From positions 3,232,001 through 3,296,000 of the forward strand of contig CBDFKD010000002.1 of NCBI GenBank assembly GCA_965248695.1: a DNA stretch of 64,000 bases, in the 5' to 3' direction. Numbering within the stretch: position 1 is the first letter of the stretch; every line of letters starts with the position of its first letter. Below are positions 20,111 to 29,086 of the stretch, in pieces. The position numbers and the translations under genes were made by a program. This DNA comes from Acidobacteriota bacterium. Lineage in GTDB: Bacteria > Acidobacteriota > UBA890 > WLXD01. The notes beneath the pieces were generated by a model. It ran no database searches, was not told where the DNA came from, and saw only the letters and a list, made by a program, of their open reading frames with translations.

Positions 20111-21618
20111 TGCGTCGGAAGCTCCATCTCGGAATCCTGGCGGCAACCGTAGGCATCGGGCTCGCCAGCGGCGCGGCGATGCGCAGCGCCACTGCCGGCC
20201 CGACTCCGGTCAGCGCAACGCCGGCCGCGGCGGACGACGTCGCAATGTTCGGTGGCGGCCCGAGCCGCAACATGGTCTCCGACGAGACCGGGCTCCCCGG
20301 CGAGTGGGACACCCGCAGCGGCATGAACGTCAAATGGTCGGTGGGGGTCGGCTCGCAGAGCTATGCCGGCCCCGTGGTGGTTGGCGGCAAGGTGTTCATC
20401 GGCACCAACAACGAAGGTATGCGCAATCCCGATCTGCCCAACGACAAGGGCGTGATCATGGCGTTCGATGCCGATAGCGGCGAGTTCCTGTGGCAGATGC
20501 TGCATGACAAGCTGACCGCGGGACGGGTCAACGACTGGCCGCTACAGGGGATCTGCTCGACCCCGTTCATCGAGGGCGACCGGCTATACTACGTCTCCAA
20601 TCAGGCGCACGTTGTCTGCGTCGACACCGAGGGCCACCGCGACGGTGAGAACGACGGCCCCGACACCGACGAGCAGCACGTCTCCCCGATCGATGGCGAT
20701 CGCATCTGGTCGTTCGACATGATCGGCGAGGTCGACGCGTTCCCCCACAACCTGGCCACCAGCTCGCCGCTGGTAGTGGGCGACCTGGTGTTCGCCTCCA
20801 CCGGCAACGGCGTCGACGAGGGCCACGTGGCCATCCCGTCGCCGTTCGGCGCCAGCTTCGTGGCGGTGAACAAGCACACCGGCGAGCTGGTGTGGGACAA
20901 CGCAGATCCCGGCGAGGGCATCCTGCACGGTACCTGGACCAACCCCACCTACGCCGAGGTGGATGGAACGCCGATGGTGATCTTCCCCGGTGGTGACGGC
21001 TGGGTCCGTGCCTTCGTGCCGGAGACCGGCGAGCTGATCTGGGAGTTCGACGCCAACCCGAAGGACGCCGAATGGCGCCTCGGTGGCCGCGGTACGCGCA
21101 ACAACATTCTCTCCACCGTCGTGGTGCACGAGGGCAAGGCCTACATCGGCGTCGGGCAGGATCCGGAGCACGGTGAGGCACCGGGTCACTTCTGGTGCTT
21201 CGATCCCAGCGGCCGCGGCGACATCACCGACACCGCGGTCATCTGGCACCGTGGCGGCAGCGACTACCACCGCACCATGTCGACCGCCGCCATCGGCGAC
21301 GGCATCATCTACATTCCCGATCTGTCGGGCTTCCTGTACGCCCTCGATGCTGACACCGGCGAGCACTATTGGACCTACGACACGTTCGCGGCAGTCTGGG
21401 GCTCGGCGTTCCTCGCCGACGGCAAGGTCTACCTGGGTGATGAGGACGGCGACGTGATCGTGCTGCGCGCCGGCAAGGAGATGGAGGAGATCGCCGAGAT
21501 GAACCTCGGCGCCTCGGTCTATACCACGCCATATGCCAAGGACGGGGTGCTGTACATCCTGTCGCGCAATCGCCTGTTCGCGCTCGAGGATGGTGCACAG
21601 TCGGAGCCGATGAACTGA
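20107..21618 (+). CDS. PQQ-like beta-propeller repeat protein
   Basis: ATGA overlap with the upstream gene, signal peptide, MFGGGPSRNMV, GICSTP, SSPLVVGDLV, DGKVYLGDEDG. Confidence 0.88.
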   Translation: MMRRKLHLGILAATVGIGLASGAAMRSATAGPTPVSATPAAADDVAMFGGGPSRNMVSDETGLPGEWDTRSGMNVKWSVGVGSQSYAGPVVVGGKVFIGTNNEGMRNPDLPNDKGVIMAFDADSGEFLWQMLHDKLTAGRVNDWPLQGICSTPFIEGDRLYYVSNQAHVVCVDTEGHRDGENDGPDTDEQHVSPIDGDRIWSFDMIGEVDAFPHNLATSSPLVVGDLVFASTGNGVDEGHVAIPSPFGASFVAVNKHTGELVWDNADPGEGILHGTWTNPTYAEVDGTPMVIFPGGDGWVRAFVPETGELIWEFDANPKDAEWRLGGRGTRNNILSTVVVHEGKAYIGVGQDPEHGEAPGHFWCFDPSGRGDITDTAVIWHRGGSDYHRTMSTAAIGDGIIYIPDLSGFLYALDADTGEHYWTYDTFAAVWGSAFLADGKVYLGDEDGDVIVLRAGKEMEEIAEMNLGASVYTTPYAKDGVLYILSRNRLFALEDGAQSEPMN

Positions 21619-21683
21619 ACGAGCTGCACGGCGAGGAGTCGAGCCCGATCTCAGACGCGGAACATTTCCGCCGGCTCGAGCGC

Positions 21684-22082
21684 ATGTACCTCGGCGCCCC
21701 GGCGAACATGCCGTTCGACCCGCAGATTCATATCGGCGAGGGCACCGCGGAGGTGCGTTTCGCGGTGCGACCGGACTACTTCATCGCCACCGGCTCGATC
21801 CACGGTGCGGTGTACTTCAAGGCCCTCGACGACGCGGCGTTCTTTGCCTGCAACTCGCTGGTTCGCGGCAACTTCCTGCTCACCGCCTCGTTCAACATCC
21901 ACCTTCTGCGGCCGGTATCGGAGGGTGAGCTCGTAGCCGTCGGCACGGCCGTGCACGGGTCACGCTCGCTGTTGCTCGGCGAGGCGGTGCTTCACGACCG
22001 CGAGGGTCGACAGGTAGCGCGCGGCAGCGGCAGCTTCATGCGTGGTCGCGCCACGTTGACCGCGCAGATCGGCTACGCCTGA
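21684..22082 (+). CDS. PaaI-family hotdog thioesterase
   Basis: HGAVYFKALDDAAFFA, FNIHLLRPV..G, VARGSGSF; true start may lie upstream. Confidence 0.85.
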   Translation: MYLGAPANMPFDPQIHIGEGTAEVRFAVRPDYFIATGSIHGAVYFKALDDAAFFACNSLVRGNFLLTASFNIHLLRPVSEGELVAVGTAVHGSRSLLLGEAVLHDREGRQVARGSGSFMRGRATLTAQIGYA

Positions 22083-22096
22083 CCGGCGGACACAGC

Positions 22097-24142
22097 TCAG
22101 CTACGCCGCCATTCCCGAACTCGGACCGCGTAGACGCGTGGCGTCGCGGGCGGCAGCTTGGCCGGATCGAGCAGATCGGTATCGAACTCCCAGTCGCGAC
22201 TCGGCGCCTCGTAGACGGGGCTGCCGTAGACCCACGCGCCGGGGGCGTTGGTCGAGTACCACAGGTCGATCAGGCTGCCGCGATAGGTGAACGTGCGGCC
22301 GCTCCAGCTCTCCAGGAAACGCGGCAGGTTCTCGACACCGCCGTTGTACGCACCCGGCAAGGTCTCGGTGTTGCCGAGCAGGAAGGCGGCGTTGATCGTC
22401 GTGGTCGAGGCCCGCCTGTCGCCCAGCGCCTGCTGGCTGTAAGCAAGGTCATCGTCGCCCCACGCATTCGACAGGATGGTGATGGCGTCAGCGAGCACGG
22501 CCGCCGGCTTCTTGTTGGCGGAGTTGTAGTTCCCCTGCACGTAGGCCGGGTTCCCGGTGACCACCGTCAGCGCGTCGGGCAACAGCTGGCCGTTCTCGAG
22601 CTTCACGGCGAACTCGGTGTTGCCGCCGTCGTAGGGAGCGACGTAGCCGTCCCAGAGCTCCGGCCAGCTGACCGTGGTGCCCATGCTTGCGGGATCGCAC
22701 ACGGCGATGGGTGCGATGACGGCCTTGATCTGGTCCGCCTCATCTTCGGTCAGCTCCCCGTCGCGTTCACCCTGATCGAGCTCCAGCTCCGCAACCCGAA
22801 TCTGGGCGGCCGCCTCCCTCACCTGCGGTATCAGACAGGCATCCATGGCCAGATAGGTCGCCCCCAGCGCCACCTGCACGTTCGGTCCACAGCTCCCGGG
22901 CGGCCCCGGGGTCCCGTTCGGAACGCATCCGGCCGGGAACAGATCGGCGACCCAGTCGTCGATAGCCTGTTGCTGCTCCTCGAAGGCGCTCTGAATGGCC
23001 CAGTCCGGCACACCGTTGCCGGGCTCGAACGAGCCGATGTAGACGACGGCGGGCCCTGCCGGATAGGAGGCCAGGTTCGACAAGGCGACCATGTCGAGCT
23101 CCACCACCAGCATGGTCTTCTGCTCGCGCTGGTCGAACAGCAGGTCGAAATCGATCGCGCTGCCGAGGTTGAGCGGGTTGCCGTCGATGTCGAAGCCCTG
23201 GCCGTTGATGATGTTGATGCTCATCTCGGCGGAATAGGCGATCTTGGTGGTGCGGTCGGCCGGGGTGTCGGAGTCGTAGGCCGGCTCGATGATCTTGTGC
23301 GGGTTGCTGGGGTCGGCGATCGCCAGGTTCAGCCGCGTGATGCCATGATCCGCGGTGCGAACGTTGCCGTTCCAGCGCGCCAGCGACTCGTCGACCCAGC
23401 CGGTATGCGTGGAGTCGAGCCCGTTCATGCCCGGGAAGCTGCCCAGACCGTCGCGAATGTTCACCGCGCCGCCCGGCGTCGTGCCGGTGTCCTTGCGGCG
23501 ATGGAAGGCGTCGCCGGCGCTGGTAACGTTGGAGTCGATGGTCAGGCTGTTGCCGGCGCCGAGATACAGGTCGGCGTTGCTGTGCACCCGGCCTGACAGC
23601 GTCATCTCGGGGCCCGGAAGCAGCTCCAGGTCGAACTCGTAGAAGATCGCGAACTGGAAGATCGGGATGATGTCGAAGAAGGCGGCCATGGTTACCGACG
23701 AGGTTGCCGGCGGGTAGTCGGAGGTCTCGGCGCGCAACTCGACCGCGTAGGGGCGTGTCAGGGCAGTGAGGCCGTGGTAATAGCCCGAGGTCAACGGCCC
23801 CTCGGTCTGAGCTGCCGTCGGCACCAGCGAGTAGTTGCCGATGGCGATATCGGTCATCGCCGGCGGCGTGATCGCCGACAGCTCGCTGGTATCCGGGAAG
23901 CGGCCCAGCTGACGACCGAGATCGATGAGCTCGTTGAAGCTCGCCTGGGCGAGCCCGTCGGCCGCGTAGAAGGCTCTCCAGGACGATTCGTAGTTGGCGG
24001 CTACCTCGACCTCCGTGCTGGCCGTCTTGCTCGCCGAGGCGCCGAGAACGCTGACCACTAGAAGTATCAGAATGGTCATCAGCAGCGCGCTGCCGCGCTC
24101 CTCGCCAGCCGAACGAAGCGGTCTAGCCAACGACGTCTTCAT
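22097..24142 (-). CDS. Large PilX-like type IV pilus minor pilin
   Basis: EERG|SALL prepilin-like site, hydrophobic helix, AFYAADG, PIFQFAIFY..DLE..PG, GRVHSN, GGVENLPRFLE.W, PP.TP. Confidence 0.75.
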   Translation of the reverse strand: MKTSLARPLRSAGEERGSALLMTILILLVVSVLGASASKTASTEVEVAANYESSWRAFYAADGLAQASFNELIDLGRQLGRFPDTSELSAITPPAMTDIAIGNYSLVPTAAQTEGPLTSGYYHGLTALTRPYAVELRAETSDYPPATSSVTMAAFFDIIPIFQFAIFYEFDLELLPGPEMTLSGRVHSNADLYLGAGNSLTIDSNVTSAGDAFHRRKDTGTTPGGAVNIRDGLGSFPGMNGLDSTHTGWVDESLARWNGNVRTADHGITRLNLAIADPSNPHKIIEPAYDSDTPADRTTKIAYSAEMSINIINGQGFDIDGNPLNLGSAIDFDLLFDQREQKTMLVVELDMVALSNLASYPAGPAVVYIGSFEPGNGVPDWAIQSAFEEQQQAIDDWVADLFPAGCVPNGTPGPPGSCGPNVQVALGATYLAMDACLIPQVREAAAQIRVAELELDQGERDGELTEDEADQIKAVIAPIAVCDPASMGTTVSWPELWDGYVAPYDGGNTEFAVKLENGQLLPDALTVVTGNPAYVQGNYNSANKKPAAVLADAITILSNAWGDDDLAYSQQALGDRRASTTTINAAFLLGNTETLPGAYNGGVENLPRFLESWSGRTFTYRGSLIDLWYSTNAPGAWVYGSPVYEAPSRDWEFDTDLLDPAKLPPATPRVYAVRVREWRRS

Positions 24143-24146
24143 GACC

Positions 24147-24962
24147 TCAACCCCGGACGATGGAAAGGGCGCGCGGCACGACGCGCGCGCGCAGGGTGAA
24201 GGAGGCGCGATCGCCGGACTGGATTCGATCGTCCGCCGTCTCCGCGCTCAGCTCGATGTGGATCGTGCGGATCCTCAGCTGGCGCTCGGGCGTGTCGGGG
24301 ATAAACTCCACTGGCGGTAGGGAGTCGTCGAAATAACGAAACCGGAAATCGAGGACGTTCGACGCGATCGGCTGCGGTGTACGCGCGTCCACCTGCCGCA
24401 TGAGCACCTGGATGCCACCCTGCGTCTCCAGGTAGTACGAAGTCTGCGAGAGTTTGGCAACGGCAGCCGTGTCGGCGACCTCGTAGTTCTTCGACAGCGG
24501 CGCTACGAGCTGGAAACGGTCCGGCCAGAGCTGCTCGACCTCACCGAGCTCGATCGCGCCCCGGGCGTCATAGACCGCCACCCATTCGCCTGGCTGAAAC
24601 ATCGCCCCTTGTGGCACGAACACGTTCTCGAGTCCGGTCATGTCGGCGTCGAGCAGGACAGTGGCGCTCTGCGGGTTGGCGCGCAAATCGATACCGCCGT
24701 CGACTCGCGGAACCACGAGCGGGAACACGGGCAACATCGGCGTCAGGCCGACACCGGTCAACATGACGTCGCGCTGAATTCGGTCGAGCGCCATGCGCGC
24801 CGCCTGCTGCACGTTGCCACGGGCCGCGGTGTCCTGGTAAACGAACTGGGTGCTGGTAAGCATCATTCCCAGACCACCGACGATCATCATCGTCAGCGCC
24901 GTGCTGACCAGCAGCTCGATCAGCGTGCTGCCCCGGTCAGAGGCGACGGGTGCGACGATCAT
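24147..24962 (-). CDS. PilW-like minor pilin
   Basis: RG|STLIELL prepilin site with Glu+5, hydrophobic helix, Q.AR.A.D.I.RD...G, F.FRYFD. Confidence 0.75.
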   Translation of the reverse strand: MIVAPVASDRGSTLIELLVSTALTMMIVGGLGMMLTSTQFVYQDTAARGNVQQAARMALDRIQRDVMLTGVGLTPMLPVFPLVVPRVDGGIDLRANPQSATVLLDADMTGLENVFVPQGAMFQPGEWVAVYDARGAIELGEVEQLWPDRFQLVAPLSKNYEVADTAAVAKLSQTSYYLETQGGIQVLMRQVDARTPQPIASNVLDFRFRYFDDSLPPVEFIPDTPERQLRIRTIHIELSAETADDRIQSGDRASFTLRARVVPRALSIVRG

Positions 24963-25420
24963 TGGGTAAGGATCCGGTAGGTCTCGAGAACGATCTCGCG
25001 ATCGCCGCTCGCGTTGGCATCGCGCCAGCCGGCGACGACGCGGATACGCTTGAGCGAGAAGCTCTCATCGGTGATCTGCCAGCGCACGAAGGTTGTCGAG
25101 TTCCCTTCACCCAGGTCGACCGAGTAGCCGCCGTAGCTGCTCAACAGCGAGCCTCCGGCGGTCAATCGAGTATCGGAGAACTGCAGCGAGTTGAGGAACT
25201 CCAGCTGGTCGACGCCCAGCGCGGTGAGCTCGGTGATCTCCTGTGAGGTCGCCGAGGACGCAATTGCGAGCCCCAGCGAGGACACCACTCCCATGGCGAT
25301 GAACCCCGCCAACGCCGAGGCAACGAGCGCCTCGAGCAGCGAAAAACCCGTGTCGTGGACCGGTGCTCGGGCCGAATGCATGGGCCAGGTTCCGTCCATG
25401 GATCGTGTTTCGGCAGTCAC
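24959..25420 (-). CDS. PilV-like minor pilin
   Basis: G|FSLLEAL N-methylation motif plus hydrophobic helix; start uncertain (25381-25420). Confidence 0.75.
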   Translation of the reverse strand: MTAETRSMDGTWPMHSARAPVHDTGFSLLEALVASALAGFIAMGVVSSLGLAIASSATSQEITELTALGVDQLEFLNSLQFSDTRLTAGGSLLSSYGGYSVDLGEGNSTTFVRWQITDESFSLKRIRVVAGWRDANASGDREIVLETYRILTQ

Positions 25421-25567
25421 TAGAAGACAGAATTACATACCAATAATCTGTTATATCAATTTAATGTCATCACACGAAGCTAAAACTCATCGAACGAGTA
25501 CATATCGCTCCATGAGACTCTCTGAAGGATGGTCGCGTTCCCGTCGGGATTCCAGTCACCGGAACTA

Positions 25568-27150
25568 CTAACTGGCAGCGCGAAGAGAGGCCGGCGGCAG
25601 GAGCACTCCGCCGGAATCCACCATCGCCTGGATGGTGTCCGCCCGCACTGGCTTGGAGAGGAAATAGCCCTGCACGTAGTCGCAATCGATCTGCCGGATG
25701 AACTCGAGCTGCTCCACGTTCTCCACGCCTTCGGTAATGACCTTGAGCGACAGACCGTGCGCCATCGCCATGATGGCGGAGACGAGGTTCGCGCTGCGGC
25801 GCGAGTCGGGCAATTCGGTCACGAAGCTGCGGTCGATCTTCAACGTATCCACCGGGAACCGAGTCAGGTAGGCGAGCGACGAGTAGCCGGTGCCGAAGTC
25901 GTCGAGCGACAACGAGATGCCGCGCTGGCGCAAGGCTTCCAGCGTCGGTGTGATGTGGGTGCTCGCTTCGATGAGGACGCCCTCCGTGAGCTCGTACTCG
26001 AGGTGCTCTGCAGAGAGGCCGAACTGCTCCAGAGTTCGGTCGGTGAACTCGAGAATGTCGTTGTCCCTCTCGAACTGTGTTCCCGACAGGTTGATCGCCA
26101 CCTTGATCGGGTATGGGGCGTTCCGATGCCATTCCGTCGCGTCCTGGCATGAGCGCTGCAACACAAATCGCCACATCGCACCGATCAGCCCGATCTCCTC
26201 GGCCACCGGAACGAAGCGGCCCGACGGCACGCGGCCAAACGCCGGGCTATCCCATCGGATCAACGCCTCCACCGTGTGTATCCGACCGCTCTTCAGGTCG
26301 ACGATCGGCTGGTATTCGAGGAACAGCTCCCGGCGATCGATCGCGTGGCGCAATTCGCCTTCGAGCGACATGCGCTCGGCGCTCTCCGACTCTGAGCCGG
26401 CATCGAAAAACCCGGCACCGCCGGTGACCGTATGCGACGCTGCCAGCTGGGCGCGCTGGATGAGTTGCGACGCCGTTCGGCCATCGGTCGGGATGAACAC
26501 GATCCCGGCGCGCACGGAAACCGCCACCTCCTGTTCGAGCACCTTCTGTGGTCGACGCAGCTGCGCCAGCCAGTCGGCTGCCAGTCGACCGACCGTCTCG
26601 GTGCTGGCGCCCCCCGGCACCAGAACCTGAAACGCATCCCCTTCGAGTCGGAAAGCACCACCAGCAGGAGATGCTTGCTGCGCCAGCCCATCGAGCTCGG
26701 TGCCGACTAGGGCGATGATTCGGTCGGCAACATCTAGACCGAGAGTCTCCCGAACACGCGTCAGCGACTGCAATTCGACGTGGATCAGCGTCGCCTCCTG
26801 CCGCCCTCGGCTAGAGTCCGCGTCCAACCGCTCCCGCAACGAGCGCCGATTCGGCAGACCGGTGAGGGCATCGTGATACGTCATATGTCGGATGTTGGTC
26901 TCGGCTTCGACGCGGTCGGTGACGTCGTGCAGCGTACCGACCAAGCCGACGACCTGGCCCCTTCGATCGTGCACCGGCTCGCCACGCTCCTGTACGTTGC
27001 GGATGTCGCCGTTGGGTCGCTCGAGGCGGTAATTGGTCGCATAAGGCTCGTGCGTCTCGAGCGCAGAGACTCGCGTCTGGCGCACCACGTCGCGGTCGGC
27101 AGCGTGCACCAGCCCCAGGAAGCTCTCATGCGTGCCGGGGTTCGCATCGA
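25568..27150 (-). pseudogene. 3' part of IS-interrupted REC-PAS-GGDEF(degenerate)-EAL protein
   Basis: PAS/PAC (GTLHDVT), HDALTGLPNR, EGDAF in place of GGDEF, VEALIRW, DDFGTGYSSL, LKIDRSFV, EGVE, QGYF. Confidence 0.9.
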
Positions 27151-28554
27151 GAGTTATTTGCAAATGTTGTGGATCGGTGGATTTGTTCAGGCGGCGTCTT
27201 CGCTAGCGATCAGGTGAACTCCATCGACGAATGTGGCGCCCTCGAGTACGAGGGCAGTGAGGTGAGGAGCGTTGATGCGGCGCCATCGTTGCTGTGCCAT
27301 CTCCAGGAGCTTGAATGCCATCGTCAGCGCCTTGGTGCGTGAGCCGGCGCCCTTGGTGACGCGTTGTCTCAGGCGTACGGTGGCGAACGCCGACTCGATC
27401 GGGTTGGCCGTGCGCAGATGAACCCAGTGGTCGGCGGGGAAGTCGTAGAACGTCAGCAGCTTGTCGGAGTCGCGTTGCAACGACGCCACGGCCTTGGAGT
27501 ACTTGGCGCCGTAGTCGGCTGCGAACCGCGCCATGCCCTCCTGAGCATCCTCGCGCGTTGGCGCACCGATGATCTCGTGCAGCGCGCGCTTGGCTTTGGC
27601 CTGCAGCCGCCTCGGTAGCTTGTCGAGCACGTTGCCAAGCCGATGCACCCAGCATCGTTGCTCTCGAGTCTGGGGCCATACATCCCGCACCGCCGCCCAG
27701 AACCCCAGCGCCCCATCACCCACTGCCACGAGCGGCGCCCGCATGCCTCGACGCTTCAGCTCCCGGAGCACGAACGCCCAGCTCTCGGTGCTCTCTCGAT
27801 ACCCGTCCTCGACCGCGATGAGCTCCTTGGTTCCGTCCGGCAAAACGCCCAGGATCACCAGCGTGCACAGCCGATCATCCTCGAGTCGAATGTTGAAGTG
27901 CACACCGTCCGCCCACACGTATACGTACTGCTTGGTGGACAGATCCAGCTTCCGGAATGCCTCGTACTCCGTGCTCCAGGCGTTCGTCAGCCGGCAGATC
28001 GCCGATGCCGACAGCCCGCTGGCTTCCTGTCCCAGTAAGATCGGCAGCGCCTCCTTGAAGTCGCCCGTCGACAGGCCCCGCAGGTACAGCACCGGCAGCA
28101 CCTCCGCCACCTTCGGCGAGCGCCGCATGTAGGGCGGCAGGATCCGACTGCTGAACCGCTGCCTCAGTCCCTGCTCGTCGAGCCGCTTGTCGTTGACCCG
28201 TGGCGCGGCTACTTGCACCGTCCCGCACCCCAACGTGATCTTGCGTGCGCGAGCCCGACCGTTGCGTACCACTTGCCGACGGCCGGCTTCATCCAGTTGC
28301 CCGGCGTGGCTCTGGATATACTCCTGAACCTCCCACTCCAGTGCTGTTGCCAGCATCTGCAGCGCGCCCTGCCGGGCGAGCTCATCGACGTCCAGTGTCA
28401 GCTGTCCTTCCTCCGCGTCCGATCCACCGATAATCTTGAGCACGAGTGGCGTCTCCTTCCCGGCCTCCACAGCCGGCTGCTGGTTGTTGATGATCCCAGC
28501 GAAGGTTACGCCGCCTTTCTTTTTCCTCCCATCCACAACTTCCGGTTATATCTC
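27151..28554 (-). mobile_element. IS256-family insertion sequence, 1404 bp
   Basis: Imperfect 24 bp TIRs GAGTTATTTGCAAATGTTGTGGAT / GAGATATAACCGGAAGTTGTGGAT (17/24 identical); 9 bp direct repeat TCGCATCGA at 27142-27150 and 28555-28563. Confidence 0.95.
27187..28443 (-). CDS. IS256-family (Mutator-type DDE) transposase
   Basis: VRNG, LYLRGLSTGD, YVWADG, RES..SW, GDGALGFW, QRCWVH, RTANPIES.F..VR.R; GTG start after a GGAAGGAG RBS. Confidence 0.95.
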   Translation of the reverse strand: MLKIIGGSDAEEGQLTLDVDELARQGALQMLATALEWEVQEYIQSHAGQLDEAGRRQVVRNGRARARKITLGCGTVQVAAPRVNDKRLDEQGLRQRFSSRILPPYMRRSPKVAEVLPVLYLRGLSTGDFKEALPILLGQEASGLSASAICRLTNAWSTEYEAFRKLDLSTKQYVYVWADGVHFNIRLEDDRLCTLVILGVLPDGTKELIAVEDGYRESTESWAFVLRELKRRGMRAPLVAVGDGALGFWAAVRDVWPQTREQRCWVHRLGNVLDKLPRRLQAKAKRALHEIIGAPTREDAQEGMARFAADYGAKYSKAVASLQRDSDKLLTFYDFPADHWVHLRTANPIESAFATVRLRQRVTKGAGSRTKALTMAFKLLEMAQQRWRRINAPHLTALVLEGATFVDGVHLIASEDAA

Positions 28555-29086
28555 TCGCATCGAGGATGTTCTGCAGCTCGGTCGAGCCCTTCACCTCGTC
28601 CGTATCGCACGTCCATCGCCAGCTCGCCAGGTGGGCGATGCGCTGCGCGTCGGCAAGCTCCTGCTGGTTCGAAGACAGCTGGTCCAATGCCTCGCTGGCA
28701 CGCAGGATGAACCGCGCCCGATGCTGAAGCAGCGACCAGTTGACCGGCTTGGTGATGAAATCCGTCGCGCCGACCTCGTAGGAATGATCCACCGAGACGA
28801 AGTCCTCGAGCGCCGTCATCATGATGATCGGGATGTGGGCAAACGCCGCCCGTTCCCGCAGGCTGGCGCACACCTGGAAACCGTCGATACCGGGCATCAC
28901 GACGTCGAGAAGCACGAGATGCGGTAGATGCTCGTCGGCAAGCCGCAGCGCTTCGGCACCGTCCGGGGCTTCGATCACCACGCAGCCCAACCGTTCGAGG
29001 CTGCGGCACGCCAGCAGCCGCATGTTCGCCTCATCGTCAACGACGAGCACACGCAGCCGCGCGCTGCGCTCAGCAGCCTCACCCAT
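28555..29086 (-). pseudogene. 5' part (REC domain) of the IS-interrupted c-di-GMP signalling gene
   Basis: VLVVDDE, LLDVVMPGIDG, IIMMTA, GATDFITKP, AQRIAHL.SW; reading frame continues across the target duplication into the 3' part. Confidence 0.9.

Noticed and set aside
25421-25567. c-di-GMP riboswitch upstream of the pilin genes
   Set aside because: No GGCAAA..GAAA..GACGCAAA-type consensus on the - strand; just AT-rich DNA
28382-28554. C-terminal tail of the 234 aa REC ORF and the first 31 aa of the 449 aa transposase ORF
   Set aside because: Both are read-through into the IS end and are not part of the native proteins
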